A DNA stretch of 64,000 nucleotides, from contig OY769902.1 in NCBI GenBank assembly GCA_963669175.1, forward strand, positions 5,152,001 through 5,216,000, read 5' to 3'. Source of the DNA: a bacterium. GTDB lineage: Bacteria > Electryoneota > Electryoneia > Electryoneales > Electryoneaceae. Of the stretch, positions 49,728 through 60,389 are shown one piece after another; position 1 is the stretch's first letter; every line of letters starts with the position of its first letter. The notes below the pieces were generated by a model. That model had not been told where the DNA came from and did no database searches. It saw nothing but the letters and a program-made list of their open reading frames with translations. The position numbers were made by a program, and so were the translations under genes.

Positions 49728-50966
49728 GTGTACAAAATCCTGTGGATTGTGCTTGGCTGTATTCTTTTTACGGGGATTGCTGCTGCCGAGATCCAGCTTC
49801 ACGAAAAGGTGTCCATTGATCTCGAAATCCGGTACCGGACGGAGGTCTTCAATCGAACCTTTGATCTGAACCAGGGCGCAATCGAGTATTCGCTGTTGCG
49901 TACTCGTTTGGGCATGACTTTCACTCCGGCAGAGAAAGTTACGATGCGGGTGAAAATCGGTGATTCACGTGACCTCGGAACTTCTTACCCTAACAAACCG
50001 CAATCCCATAAGAACGATTTCAATCTGCATGAGGGGTATATGCGGATTGATGATTTCCTGTTTTCGAATCTTTCCCTTCAACTCGGACGTTTCCAGATGC
50101 TGTATGGCCGGATGCGTTTTATGGGGCATGGAAACTGGAGTAATTACGGCTGGCGTGCCTATGACGGCGCTCGGTTCACGTATACGCTGCAATCCGGTTC
50201 AGTGGACATGTTCTATGTCAAGCTGGAAGATCGCGCCTTTGCCGACTATCCTTCGGTCGGCGATCCGGTGAATCCGAGCGAACATGCCCTGTATGGTGTT
50301 GTCGGAACCTTCATGGAGTCCAAACTTCAACCCTTCTGTATCGTTGACTGGGATCAGGCAGAATCCAATGCAGTTGATGCGACCATGATCTACACACCCG
50401 GCCTCTATTTCCATTTAACCCCGGGCAACTTTGATATCCAGGGCGACCTGATGTTCCAGGGCGGAAAGATTGACACCCTGGACCATAGCGCATACCTGGC
50501 TGCGGCGGATGTTCTATACAATGTGGGCGGCGCATGGAAAACAAAGGTTGGCATCGGTTTTGATCTGGTCTCCGGCGATGATGACGGTTCTGATGATATC
50601 GATCATGCTTTTTATGCCGACTTCTACTCCAAACATCGCTATCAGGGGTACTGCGACTTCTTCAAGGCACAATCCGCACGTGAAGCTGGCTTGATCGATA
50701 TGATCGCCCGGCTTGAAGTGCAACCTATCCCAAACTGGAAGTTCAATCTCGATCTCCACAACTTTGCCTATGAACGGGATCGGACAAATGATCTGGCAGA
50801 AATGTATAACCAACTCGGGCAGGAGGTTGATTTCCGCGTTCGTACATCAGTCCATAAGGCTGTTTCTGTCGATATGGCAATCTGTGGTTTCCAGCCAAGT
50901 GATGATTGGAAACCGGACTCTGACTTGGCTTACTTCACCTACGTGGCTCTCACGGCGACTTTTTAA
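49728..50966 (+). CDS. Outer-membrane beta-barrel (alginate export family-like)
   Basis: Signal peptide; 'EIRYRTE', 'LRTRLG', 'LHEGY', 'LGRF...G..R..G...W....RAYDG', 'GQEVD', terminal Phe. Confidence 0.8.
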   Translation: MYKILWIVLGCILFTGIAAAEIQLHEKVSIDLEIRYRTEVFNRTFDLNQGAIEYSLLRTRLGMTFTPAEKVTMRVKIGDSRDLGTSYPNKPQSHKNDFNLHEGYMRIDDFLFSNLSLQLGRFQMLYGRMRFMGHGNWSNYGWRAYDGARFTYTLQSGSVDMFYVKLEDRAFADYPSVGDPVNPSEHALYGVVGTFMESKLQPFCIVDWDQAESNAVDATMIYTPGLYFHLTPGNFDIQGDLMFQGGKIDTLDHSAYLAAADVLYNVGGAWKTKVGIGFDLVSGDDDGSDDIDHAFYADFYSKHRYQGYCDFFKAQSAREAGLIDMIARLEVQPIPNWKFNLDLHNFAYERDRTNDLAEMYNQLGQEVDFRVRTSVHKAVSVDMAICGFQPSDDWKPDSDLAYFTYVALTATF

Positions 50967-51001
50967 CCGTTTGATATTGTAAGCTTAAACAGATTTTTAG
51001 T

Positions 51002-51039
51002 GGGGATGATTCGTCTCTCGGTCAATCATCCCCTTATTT
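51002..51039 (+). terminator. Probable terminator
   Basis: GGGGATGATT-N12-AATCATCCCC-TTATTT after the stop at 50966. Confidence 0.6.
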
Positions 51040-51107
51040 GTTCTCCAGCTCGATGACTTATTTTTAAAGAAGATAGTAGTGGTATTCACAGATTGGTACG
51101 CGACAAC

Positions 51108-52079
51108 ATGCATGAACCCCCACAAATCCTGGTTGTGGAAGACGAACCCACCATTCGTGAGATTTTATCTTTCCAACTTGAACACCTGGGTTATGAAGTC
51201 CGGTCGGCGGAAGATGGCAAACAGGCGGTAGAGTTGCTTGAAAAAGAACTTCCGGACCTGGTCATCACAGATGTTGATATGCCCAGGATGGACGGATTCA
51301 AGCTCTGCAAGTATATCAAGCAGAATCCGGCCACACGTTTGATTCCCACTGTCATCGTTACCGCGTTGGATGGTCCGGAAGACTATATTACCGGCGTTGG
51401 ACTCGGCGCGGACGACTTTATCACAAAACCATTTCACGATTTCAAATTTCAAGCACGGGTACGATCCTTGATACGATTAAAAGAGTTTACTGATGAACTG
51501 GAAAGCGCGGAAGAAATCATCTTTTCACTGGCGTTGACAGTTGAAGCGAAAGACCCTTACACACGTGGTCATTCGTATCGAATCGCCAAACTCGCTGTTG
51601 AAGTTGGCGAACGGTTGGGACTGAACAACGATGAGCTTCTCACACTCAGACGTGGAGGTATCCTTCACGACATTGGCAAGATCGGCATGCCGGACGCCAT
51701 CCTGTTCAAAGATGGCAGGTTGACACCAGATGAAATCGCGAAAGTTCGTGAACACCCAATAAAAGGCGAAGAGATTTGCAAACCTCTGAAATCGCTGGAA
51801 GCCGCGTTACCATTGATTCGTCATCATCATGAACGTATGGATGGAAATGGCTATCCGGATGGTTTGGAAGGTAACGACATTCCCCTGGGCGCGCGAATTA
51901 TCTGCGCTGTGGATATGTTTGATGCCCTGAATACAAAACGCACCTATAAAGAAGCGCTACCCAAAGAGAAAACATGTCGTATCCTGAAAGACGCCGCTGT
52001 TGACGGTCAGCTTGACCCGGACATGGTCAAATATATGATCGAAGCCGTCAACGAACTGAACCTGTGGCATAAAGGATAA
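51108..52079 (+). CDS. Response regulator with HD-GYP c-di-GMP phosphodiesterase domain (RpfG-like)
   Basis: REC 'ILVVED', 'ITDVDMP'; 'KDPYTRGHS', 'LHDIGK', 'HHHERMDGNGYPDG'. Confidence 0.93.
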   Translation: MHEPPQILVVEDEPTIREILSFQLEHLGYEVRSAEDGKQAVELLEKELPDLVITDVDMPRMDGFKLCKYIKQNPATRLIPTVIVTALDGPEDYITGVGLGADDFITKPFHDFKFQARVRSLIRLKEFTDELESAEEIIFSLALTVEAKDPYTRGHSYRIAKLAVEVGERLGLNNDELLTLRRGGILHDIGKIGMPDAILFKDGRLTPDEIAKVREHPIKGEEICKPLKSLEAALPLIRHHHERMDGNGYPDGLEGNDIPLGARIICAVDMFDALNTKRTYKEALPKEKTCRILKDAAVDGQLDPDMVKYMIEAVNELNLWHKG

Positions 52080-52484
52080 CGTACGGTATCGGCGAGAAAC
52101 TCGGTGCAGTTCGATCTTCGTTAACAGTCTGGAAACCACCCCGCAGAGGTATACGATCACAGCACAGATTCGGTACAGTTTTCTTTGCACCTACAGTCTG
52201 TGAACCACCCCGCAGAGGTATACGATCACAGCACTGGGTCAGCGAAGCGCCACCCTGTGAATCAGAATTCTCCCCCGCTGCTTCACCCCGACAGGGGTAA
52301 CCAAAATTGTGGATTAACAAGCTTTATTGAATAGAATGGAGCCTCCCTGGGCAACCACTACGTGGTTGGAAAAAGGTGCCCGCTTCTCTCACCGGGGCGT
52401 GCCAAACAGACAGCACGACCCGGTGCTGTGATCGATGATCCCTGCGGGATTTTTACTGAATCCCGAAAAAAACTGCCGCTTGCA

Positions 52485-53546
52485 TCAAACGTCCTCTTTC
52501 AATTCCCCCTTGATCACCCCCAGGCTCGGGATGGGCGTCGGAAAATGATGGCCTGTTTTCGGGTCAAATGTTAACCGGTAAGAATGCCCTGTGTTTCCCT
52601 GCTTGTGCATGACTCCCCACCCACGTACCAGGTATGGACAGGAGTCATTGATGCAAATGTAAAAATCACGATCGTATGTTGTCATCGGATTTTCCGTAAT
52701 CGCCCAATACCGGAGCCGTTCACCGCAGTAGGGGCATTCCAGTGTTTCAGCCGTTGTCAGCTTACGTTTCTCAACGTCCGGCAAATCCCGCTTGGCATAG
52801 GTTGGCGGTTGCGGCACAGGACGAATCATCGTGTGATTCCCGCCACGCACTTTTTCAGCCATGACCGCGTAAATCGGATCGGATGGGACACCGAGATAAG
52901 CGTGTTTGTCGTCAGCAGGACGTGGCAATCCTATCGAAACGAAGTCTGCCGTGTCTGTATACGCGCCAGCTTCCTGGAAATAGTGACTCACCAGGTGCAG
53001 ACGTTCTTCTTCTGAAAGCAATCCCCAAATCCGTACCGCCTTGGGGGTAAACATCCGGTTGGAGAAGATGACAAGGTGTAAGCCGCCAGGCTTCAACACA
53101 CGATTCACCTCACGGAAAACCTCTACAGGATGCACCAGGTACTGGATGGATACGGTATTCAACACGACATCAAAATGATTATCCTTATAGGGCAATTGTG
53201 TTGTCTGGTTCAAATCATGAACAACACGGCTGGTCAGACGTGGATTTGCCTCCAGCTCATGCAGGTTCAACCCCAATCCGACGACCTCATCCGGGTGAAT
53301 ACTCTCCGCCAGGTGCGAATCAAAACTGGCCATCAGGTCTAGAATGCGTGGATGCTTCTCCAATATGGCATCGTCTATCAAGCGTTCAATCGTATCCAGA
53401 GCGGTCTGGTCCAGATGCTGCACCATACGGTCTACAACATAGAAATTACTGTCCGCGCTTTCGTCCACACGTTCAAACGCATCCCTTCTCTCTAACAGCT
53501 CTGACCATAATTGATCAGCATGAATGACATGTTCAGGTACATTCAT
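52485..53546 (-). CDS. Class I SAM methyltransferase with C-terminal zinc-ribbon domain
   Basis: 'DESADSNFY...RMVQHLD', 'ILDLMAS', 'GLGLN..EL..NPRL', 'FSNRMF..KA'; C-terminal CPYC...CINDSC. Confidence 0.82.
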   Translation of the reverse strand: MNVPEHVIHADQLWSELLERRDAFERVDESADSNFYVVDRMVQHLDQTALDTIERLIDDAILEKHPRILDLMASFDSHLAESIHPDEVVGLGLNLHELEANPRLTSRVVHDLNQTTQLPYKDNHFDVVLNTVSIQYLVHPVEVFREVNRVLKPGGLHLVIFSNRMFTPKAVRIWGLLSEEERLHLVSHYFQEAGAYTDTADFVSIGLPRPADDKHAYLGVPSDPIYAVMAEKVRGGNHTMIRPVPQPPTYAKRDLPDVEKRKLTTAETLECPYCGERLRYWAITENPMTTYDRDFYICINDSCPYLVRGWGVMHKQGNTGHSYRLTFDPKTGHHFPTPIPSLGVIKGELKEDV

Positions 53547-54396
53547 GTTTCACTCCATGTTACGACTTCTATCTTCACCCACTACTTTTAAACATAGGGA
53601 CATGCAATCCCGACAAAGGAATGCTAGTGGACCGATCCATAAGGATCGAGGTGTTCTGCGCCATAGTCGGGTTGGCTGCAAGGCGATTTCATGCAGGTGC
53701 AGCCGGGGCGTATTGCTACGCAGCAGGAAGCCGCCTGATGCCCTAACCCTGTTCTGAACTTGTTGCCGTATTAGCACGTCTGAAGCTGGCGACGGTTTCC
53801 AACATACTGACCCGATTTTCGTCTATTGGAGCCATCTTTCCCGGCACCGTTCCGGTAGATTTTTGAAAGAGCTACCAGGCGAATTCTGCCTTATAAACGT
53901 AGACTACGTTAGCGCTGAATTACACAACAAAACAGCGAAGCACCTATGATTTTCAGTGATCAGGTAGATGACGCCAGCAGGTTGATTTCATCCGAAAGAT
54001 TTGAATTTACAGTACTCTCCCCGGTCCACCAGATCGCTTTCCTGCGTGAAGTCGCATTGGAGCCTACGCGCTCGTGACAAACAGAATACCTCACTTTATG
54101 TGATTCGTTCCACTCACAGTATCGTAAACATTGGATGATACGATCTCGCGTAAAGACGTCCCCCTCTCCGGCTTCAGGTTTACACCTGTACGGTATGACG
54201 AGCTGAACTATAAGATCATGAAAACCGATATAGCAGTTCACAACCCGGAGAAATACAGATTTATCTCCCTTCTATATCGCCCTGTAAAGGTTCTCTCATC
54301 ACCTATCCTGTACCAAGTTGCTCCACCGTAAGTCAGGCATTGTGAAACTGGCCTCTATTGTAAATCACCTCTGGGAGTGTTCAGCTCTGAAAAGAC

Positions 54397-54425
54397 TTGA
54401 CTTAGCCTCTGGAACCGCTTATTAT
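54397..54425 (+). promoter_or_regulatory. Sigma70 promoter of tRNA-Lys
   Basis: TTGACT-17 bp-TATTAT immediately upstream of the tRNA. Confidence 0.75.
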
Positions 54426-54439
54426 CGGTGTCCAAACGA

Positions 54440-54515
54440 GCGCCATTAGCTCAATTGGTAGAGCAGCGGACTCTTAATCCGTTGGTTCGGGGTTCGAGTC
54501 CCTGATGGCGCACCA
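54440..54515 (+). tRNA. tRNA-Lys (CTT)
   Basis: Acceptor stem GCGCCAT/ATGGCGC, D arm AGCTCAATTGGTAGAGC, anticodon arm GCGGA-CTCTTAA-TCCGT, T loop GGTTCGAGTCC, encoded CCA; 76 nt. Confidence 0.97.
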
Positions 54516-54518
54516 TAG

Positions 54519-54559
54519 AAAACAAAGGCTTGCGAGAATATCGCAGGCCTTTTTGTTTT
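54519..54559 (+). terminator. Terminator after tRNA-Lys
   Basis: AAAACAAAGGCTTGCGA-GAATA-TCGCAGGCCTTTTTGTTTT. Confidence 0.8.
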
Positions 54560-54908
54560 CTATGGGGCAGCGTTGGGGCAATAGTCTCCATTCGGGAGTT
54601 TTCTTTGTCAAAATTGTGATTCCATTTGTGAGCGCTACAAAGGAGTTGTTACATTTTCAACCGATTACCATTTAGTTATTTCAGAACATCATTTCATGTT
54701 GCTAATTAGGAAAGAATGACAATAACCCTGTTAGTCCTCATTGAGCTATCCACATAAAGCATAAGTTGTTTTGATACTGGCTAACGTCTAACTTATTACT
54801 ATACGTGAAAGTATAGTAATACTTTTAGGACAATATCCATACGACAATCCGGTAATGAAAGTTTATTTCTACAGGGGGATTAAGCTTCCATAAGGGAGAT
54901 CAAAAATC

Positions 54909-57900
54909 ATGGGTCAAAGTTTCTTCGAAGTACCTATTCTGAACTCACCTTACGACTACCCATCCCAACACTGGCAGTTGGATGATACAGGACAACCGAC
55001 TGGACTTATCATAGATGCACGACGTCCCGTTGACCTGATTACACCTATCCCTAAACCTCGAAAACAGAAGAAGAAAACCGGGCAAGAATTACTTGGGCTC
55101 AGTTACGAAGAAACAATGGACCTGGCAACAAAAGACCAGGAATACGATCCAACCCCAATTATTAACGCCCTGCGCCGAAACGTCGACCAGTGGCGCAGAA
55201 TACCTAATCCTGCTGACTGGAAGGTTACGCCAGAAACACAGAGATTATTACTACATTGGAGAAGACCTAGAGCGGACTGGTCCTACATCTGCCCTTTCTT
55301 TTGCCAGGTTGAAGCGGTGGAGACCGCTATCTGGCTAACTGAAGTTGCCCCGAACGCTGGAAAAAGTGGCATTCAGTTCCTGGAACATCTGCAGAACGCC
55401 AACAACGATGCAAATCCTGATCTAAACCGCCTGGCTTTAAAGCTGGCGACTGGAGCCGGCAAGACCATGGTGATGGCGATGATCATCGCCTGGCAAACGA
55501 TCAATGCAGTACGTCACCCGCAGAGCACACGCTTCACACGTGGCTTCCTTGTTGTAACTCCAGGTCTGACAATCAAGGATCGCCTCCGTGTTCTACAGCC
55601 TAACGACCCGGACAGCTACTATAAGACCCGCGAGATCGTACCACCGGACCTTCTGCCAGAGATTCGCCGCGCCAAGATTGTCATTACCAACTACCATTCT
55701 TTCAAACAACGCGAGCGTTTGGAGATATCCAAAGGCAATCGTGCACTATTGCAGGGACGTCATGGTGAAGAGCTTGACACTGTCGAATCCGAAGGACAGA
55801 TGGTGCACCGTGTACTGCCCAGCTTGATGGGTATGAAGAATGTCCTGGTTCTGAATGACGAAGCACATCACTGTTACCGGGAGCGAGTAGGGTCAGATGA
55901 TGTTGGCGAACTGAAAGGTGACGAAAAAGACGAAGCGAAGAAGAATAACGATGCTGCACGTCTATGGATATCCGGAATAGAGGCGGTGAACCGCGTACTT
56001 GGTGTAAGAAGGGTATTCGATCTGTCAGCAACCCCGTTTTTCCTGCGGGGGTCTGGTTATGCTGAAGGCACTCTTTTCCCTTGGACCATGTCTGACTTTT
56101 CGCTAATGGACGCGATTGAGTGCGGTATTGTCAAGCTGCCTCGTGTTCCTGTGGCTGATAATCTTCCTGGTAGTGAAATGCCAAAGTTCCGCAACCTGTG
56201 GGACCATATCGGCAAGAAAATGCCTAAGAAGGGACGTGGTAAAGCCAAGAACCTGGACCCACTCAGTATCCCTGTCGAGCTGCAAACGGCGCTTGAAGCG
56301 CTATACGGCCACTACACAAAAACATTCGATCTATGGAAGAAAGAGGGCATCTCGGTCCCACCCTGCTTCATCGTTGTTTGCAACAACACCTCTACATCAA
56401 AGCTGGTTTACGATTACATCTCAGGTTTCGAGCCACTCGACGAAAACGGTGATCCGAAGCAGCCGAACAATGGCCGCCTCCCGCTGTTCCGCAACTACAA
56501 TGAGGATCTGGTCCGTCTACCCCTTCCGCGCACCTTACTGATTGACAGTGAACAACTTGAGTCCGGTGATGCTCTTGATGATAAGTTCCGAAAGATGGCA
56601 GAACCTCAAATTGAGCGTTTCAGGCGAGAGATAATCGAACGCACTGGCGACCGAAAACAGGCGGAAAACATCTCCGACGCTGACTTGCTGCGTGAAGTAA
56701 TGAACACAGTAGGGCAGGCTGGGCGACTTGGTGAATCCATCCGTTGCGTGGTGTCGGTATCCATGTTGAGTGAAGGGTGGGACGCTAACACAGTCACTCA
56801 CATTCTGGGCGTCCGGGCTTTCGGAACTCAGCTTCTGTGTGAACAGGTTATCGGACGAGCCCTCCGTCGCCAGTCATACGAGCTGAACGAAGAAGACAAA
56901 TTCAACGTCGAGTATGCCGATGTCCTGGGCATACCCTTTGACTTTACCGCCAAACCTGTCGTTGCCCCTGTGCAATCACCTCGGGAAACCATTACAGTCA
57001 AAGCAATGCGTCCTGAACGGGATCATCTGGAGATTCGCTTCCCACATGTCCAGGGATATCGTGTGGAAATGCCCACGGAAAAGCTGACAGCAAAATTCAA
57101 TGAGGATTCTGTTCTAGTCCTGACCCCCGAACTGGTTGGTCCGTCTCAGACCAAAGATGCAGGAATCTTGGGCGAAGAGATCGAGCTGAACCTTGTACAT
57201 ACGGGCGACCTGCGCAGGTCCACCCTGATCTACCACCTGACCACACGGCTGCTGAACACCAAGTGGCGAGACCATGGTGACGAGCCCAAATACCACCTGT
57301 TCGGGCAGCTCAAGCGCATTACTAAAGAGTGGTTGGACACGTACCTGGTCTGCAAGGGTGGCACCTTTCCTGCACAGTTGATGTATCAGGAACTGGCTGA
57401 TATGGCATGCGAACGGATCACAGCGGGGATTACGCTGGCCATGCAAGGAGAGTACCCGATAAAGGCAGTCCTCGATCCCTACAATCCGGTTGGCTCCACC
57501 AGCCATGTCCTATTCAACACGTCCAAACGGGATCGTTGGCAAACATCGCCCAGGAAGTGCCATATCAACTGGGTGATTCTGGACAGCGACTGGGAAGCGG
57601 AGTTCTGTCGTGTGGCGGAGGATCACCCCAAAGTGCTGGCCTACGTGAAGAACCACAACCTGGGGCTCAACGTCCCGTATGTGATGGGAGCAATCAATCG
57701 CACGTACATCCCAGACTTCATCGTGCTTGTGGATGACGGTCATGGCCCGGAAGACCCCTTGCACCTGATTGTCGAGATCAAGGGCTATCGTCGTGAAGAC
57801 GCCAAGGTAAAAAAGCAGACCGTGGAGACCTACTGGGTACCAGGTGTGAATAACCTGAAGACATTTGGAAGGTGGGCATTTGCTGAGTTTACTGATGTGT

Positions 57901-58019
57901 TCGAGATGCAGGCTGACTTTGCAGAAAAGATTGAGGAAGAGTTTGACACGATCATGGCGAAGGCGTTAGATCAACAGTCCCCAGCTTCTGGCAGATCAAT
58001 TTCAGGATTGGAGGCATAA
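54909..58019 (+). CDS. res: Type III-like restriction enzyme Res subunit (SF2 helicase + PD-(D/E)xK nuclease; BPTD_3080-like)
   Basis: 'PILNSPY', 'FFCQVEA', 'KLATGAGKT', 'NDEAHH', 'DLSATP', 'MLSEGWD', 'EQVIGRALR', nuclease 'YIPDF...VEIKG'. Confidence 0.92.
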   Translation: MGQSFFEVPILNSPYDYPSQHWQLDDTGQPTGLIIDARRPVDLITPIPKPRKQKKKTGQELLGLSYEETMDLATKDQEYDPTPIINALRRNVDQWRRIPNPADWKVTPETQRLLLHWRRPRADWSYICPFFCQVEAVETAIWLTEVAPNAGKSGIQFLEHLQNANNDANPDLNRLALKLATGAGKTMVMAMIIAWQTINAVRHPQSTRFTRGFLVVTPGLTIKDRLRVLQPNDPDSYYKTREIVPPDLLPEIRRAKIVITNYHSFKQRERLEISKGNRALLQGRHGEELDTVESEGQMVHRVLPSLMGMKNVLVLNDEAHHCYRERVGSDDVGELKGDEKDEAKKNNDAARLWISGIEAVNRVLGVRRVFDLSATPFFLRGSGYAEGTLFPWTMSDFSLMDAIECGIVKLPRVPVADNLPGSEMPKFRNLWDHIGKKMPKKGRGKAKNLDPLSIPVELQTALEALYGHYTKTFDLWKKEGISVPPCFIVVCNNTSTSKLVYDYISGFEPLDENGDPKQPNNGRLPLFRNYNEDLVRLPLPRTLLIDSEQLESGDALDDKFRKMAEPQIERFRREIIERTGDRKQAENISDADLLREVMNTVGQAGRLGESIRCVVSVSMLSEGWDANTVTHILGVRAFGTQLLCEQVIGRALRRQSYELNEEDKFNVEYADVLGIPFDFTAKPVVAPVQSPRETITVKAMRPERDHLEIRFPHVQGYRVEMPTEKLTAKFNEDSVLVLTPELVGPSQTKDAGILGEEIELNLVHTGDLRRSTLIYHLTTRLLNTKWRDHGDEPKYHLFGQLKRITKEWLDTYLVCKGGTFPAQLMYQELADMACERITAGITLAMQGEYPIKAVLDPYNPVGSTSHVLFNTSKRDRWQTSPRKCHINWVILDSDWEAEFCRVAEDHPKVLAYVKNHNLGLNVPYVMGAINRTYIPDFIVLVDDGHGPEDPLHLIVEIKGYRREDAKVKKQTVETYWVPGVNNLKTFGRWAFAEFTDVFEMQADFAEKIEEEFDTIMAKALDQQSPASGRSISGLEA

Positions 58020-58801
58020 TGAATCCAGATGTGGGAGGATTTGGCAAAAATGCCATAAACTTGTCTCGTAATCCTCTAGGGATAATAGCTCTATTCATAG
58101 TGTTAGTGTATGGTATGGCTACATTGGTAATTATTTTTGCAGATACACTGACAGAAATAGAACGCACATTGTTAATAATATTTCTAATTGGTTTTCCATT
58201 GATTGTATTTATTGTTTTCGTTTGGCTTGTAGTAAAACATGGTCCAAAACTATATAGTCCAGGAGATTATAGGAAGGATGAAAACTATCTCAAAGCCGTA
58301 AGGACGGCCACACTATTGTCAGCAGCATCATATAAGCAAGGGATTGAGGATAAACCGTTAGAAATAGATACGATATTACAGTCATTTGAGAGAAGAGACT
58401 TAATCACTCATAATAACACATTTGACTGGACAAATGAAATATTATGGGTCGATGATAGACCAGAAAATAATATCTACGAAAGAAAAGCCTTTGAATCTAT
58501 AGGCTTACAAATAACTTTAGCATTAAACACCGAGCAGGCTTTGCAATTTCTTTCGCGAAACAAGTATGCAGTAGTCATATCTGATATGGGAAGAAAGGAA
58601 GGACCAAGAGAAGGATATGTGTTGCTAGATACTATGAGGCAAAAATCCGACAATACGCCGCTAGTTTTCTACGCAGCATCAAATCTTCCGGAACATAAAC
58701 AAGAAACAATGGAGCACGGAGGGCAGGGGTGCACAAATAACCCAACCGAGTTGTTTAACATCGTGACTGATTTAGTACGTAAAAGAAAGCAGGAATTATA
58801 A
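58019..58801 (+). CDS. Two-TM membrane protein with C-terminal receiver domain
   Basis: 'RNPLGIIALFIVLVY' plus a second TM; REC 'ILWVDD.PENN', 'VISDMGR', 'PLVFYA'; coupled to the res stop; AT-rich. Confidence 0.8.
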   Translation: MNPDVGGFGKNAINLSRNPLGIIALFIVLVYGMATLVIIFADTLTEIERTLLIIFLIGFPLIVFIVFVWLVVKHGPKLYSPGDYRKDENYLKAVRTATLLSAASYKQGIEDKPLEIDTILQSFERRDLITHNNTFDWTNEILWVDDRPENNIYERKAFESIGLQITLALNTEQALQFLSRNKYAVVISDMGRKEGPREGYVLLDTMRQKSDNTPLVFYAASNLPEHKQETMEHGGQGCTNNPTELFNIVTDLVRKRKQEL

Positions 58802-58940
58802 TGGCCAAGGCGAAGAACCCGATGACCGAAGAGAAACTGACACACGAAGAGGCGAAGCGGACGAACATTCCGCTGGCAGAGTATTCCTGATTGCTAGTCC
58901 GTGCAGACATAGCGTTGATGCAAGTGGCATATGAACGACA
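58801..58940 (+). pseudogene. Degenerate 5' fragment of mod
   Basis: Translates MAKAKNPMTEEKLTHEEAKRTNIPLAEYS*LLVRADIALMQVAYER versus MAKNPKSIETLTHEEAKRKNIPPAEYSSLLEDKDQASVRVAYER at 60390. Confidence 0.88.
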
Positions 58941-58958
58941 AGGGCAGTCTAAGCTGTC

Positions 58959-59249
58959 GACTTCATCAGGCTTGTGAAGCACGGGCTAGGAAGATCCGCT
59001 CCATCTAGTCGTCGAGATCAAGGGGTATCGACGTGAGGACGCCAAGGTGAAAAGCAGACCATGGAAACCTACTGGGTTCCCGGTGTGAACAACCTGAAGA
59101 CATTTGGACGGTGGGCATTTGCCGAGTTTATCGACGTGTTCAAGATGCAGAGTGGGTTTGAAGAACTTATTGAGGAAAAATTCAAGGACATAATTAGTGA
59201 ACACTTCAAGGGTGATGGTGTAACTGATAATAGGGAACCACCAGACTAA
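58959..59249 (+). pseudogene. Degenerate 3' fragment of res
   Basis: EDPLHLVVEIKGYRREDAKVK (frameshift) QTMETYWVPGVNNLKTFGRWAFAEF matches the res C-terminus (~57714-57950). Confidence 0.9.
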
Positions 59250-59261
59250 GGGAGGTTTAAG

Positions 59262-59612
59262 ATGGATTTGCTAAGACAACTACTTAGTAGAGAAGTAATC
59301 CCTGACAAAATCAAGTTCATTGATAGTTTACCAACTAATGATTGGGATATGGAAATGAATGGTATTGGGGATGGTGATCCAGATAAGGATAAAATATTTA
59401 TTAAATATGTTAAACGTAATGGAGAAGGAAATCTTGAATATTTCGGAGAGTGTCACGGGCCAGTAGATTCAATCAATTGCAGTAAACTATCAATAAAACA
59501 ATGGATAGAATCTGTCAGTAGTGATGCAATCGCTTTTAGCTGGGATAATGATTCAAGCGAACACTATAACGATTTCGAAGCTAGAATATGGCGCGAATAT
59601 AACGATAATTAA
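59262..59612 (+). CDS. Hypothetical acidic protein
   Basis: 116-aa ORF with GGGAGG RBS, AT-rich, no recognised motif. Confidence 0.65.
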   Translation: MDLLRQLLSREVIPDKIKFIDSLPTNDWDMEMNGIGDGDPDKDKIFIKYVKRNGEGNLEYFGECHGPVDSINCSKLSIKQWIESVSSDAIAFSWDNDSSEHYNDFEARIWREYNDN

Positions 59613-59627
59613 GCTGTAGGTGTTATT

Positions 59628-60284
59628 ATGGCTGTTCCAACACATCGTGAAGATTGTCAGACTCAATTGTTCCCATGGCGCTGTCCAGATTGTGGCGATA
59701 GGGTTTACTTCTTTGGCTGCACATGTGGAAGCCGAGTATTCTTTGATACTCCCGGTCCACCATGGGATCTGCATAGCGATCACTGCATACACTTTTTGAT
59801 TCGTGAGTTGAGAGAAATTAGAGGTTTAAATGACAATGAAATCGTAAGAATGGTGCGAGAGCATGCTCGTGAGACAAACGTGACTCCCAGCAAAGATATT
59901 CACGACTACATTGACAATCAGCATGGTCCAAAGAAGCTTTCTGTCCTTGAAGTATTGCCAGGCGAAGATGACCAGATGACACTTGGAGTTGTGCGCGAAG
60001 TAAACAAAGTGAATTTCGAGAAACGCTTTGGAATTGAAGGAACACCGTTAGGAAGACAATTCCTAGGAGCGTTCAAGCATGGTGTATGGAAAGAGATCAT
60101 TATTCGTGAACCTGATAAAGGCAAAGGGAAAGAGCCGCGCTACCAGTTCACTTTTTATGTAAAAGACAACGTATTTGATTCTTCAATACTGCGTCGTGGT
60201 AATATAGTAATTGTCCATTTAAAGATTATTAGAGTAATGGGAAATAAGCGTTTCTGGGTATCAGAGGACTTCAGGGAAGCATAG
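59628..60284 (+). CDS. Hypothetical protein with N-terminal Cys/His zinc-binding motif
   Basis: 'CPDCGDRVYFFGCTCGSRVFFD..GPPW..H..HC'; beta-rich C-terminus; AGGTG RBS. Confidence 0.7.
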   Translation: MAVPTHREDCQTQLFPWRCPDCGDRVYFFGCTCGSRVFFDTPGPPWDLHSDHCIHFLIRELREIRGLNDNEIVRMVREHARETNVTPSKDIHDYIDNQHGPKKLSVLEVLPGEDDQMTLGVVREVNKVNFEKRFGIEGTPLGRQFLGAFKHGVWKEIIIREPDKGKGKEPRYQFTFYVKDNVFDSSILRRGNIVIVHLKIIRVMGNKRFWVSEDFREA

Positions 60285-60389
60285 CTGAGGCAAGTTTGAA
60301 AGAAATTTCCAACCGTAGAGGTTGTTGCACTGAATGGTACTAATCAACTGTTAAAACCAAACCACTGATAACTCCCGAAGAGGATCAGG

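Noticed and set aside
52100-52234. Possible mini-CRISPR (two 42-bp repeats 70 bp apart)
   Set aside because: Only two copies, and the intervening sequence also resembles the upstream flank (TCGGT.CAGTT), so it is a degenerate 70-bp tandem duplication.
53560-54330. Possible gene remnant or ncRNA upstream of tRNA-Lys
   Set aside because: No recognisable protein motif or RNA structure could be supported.
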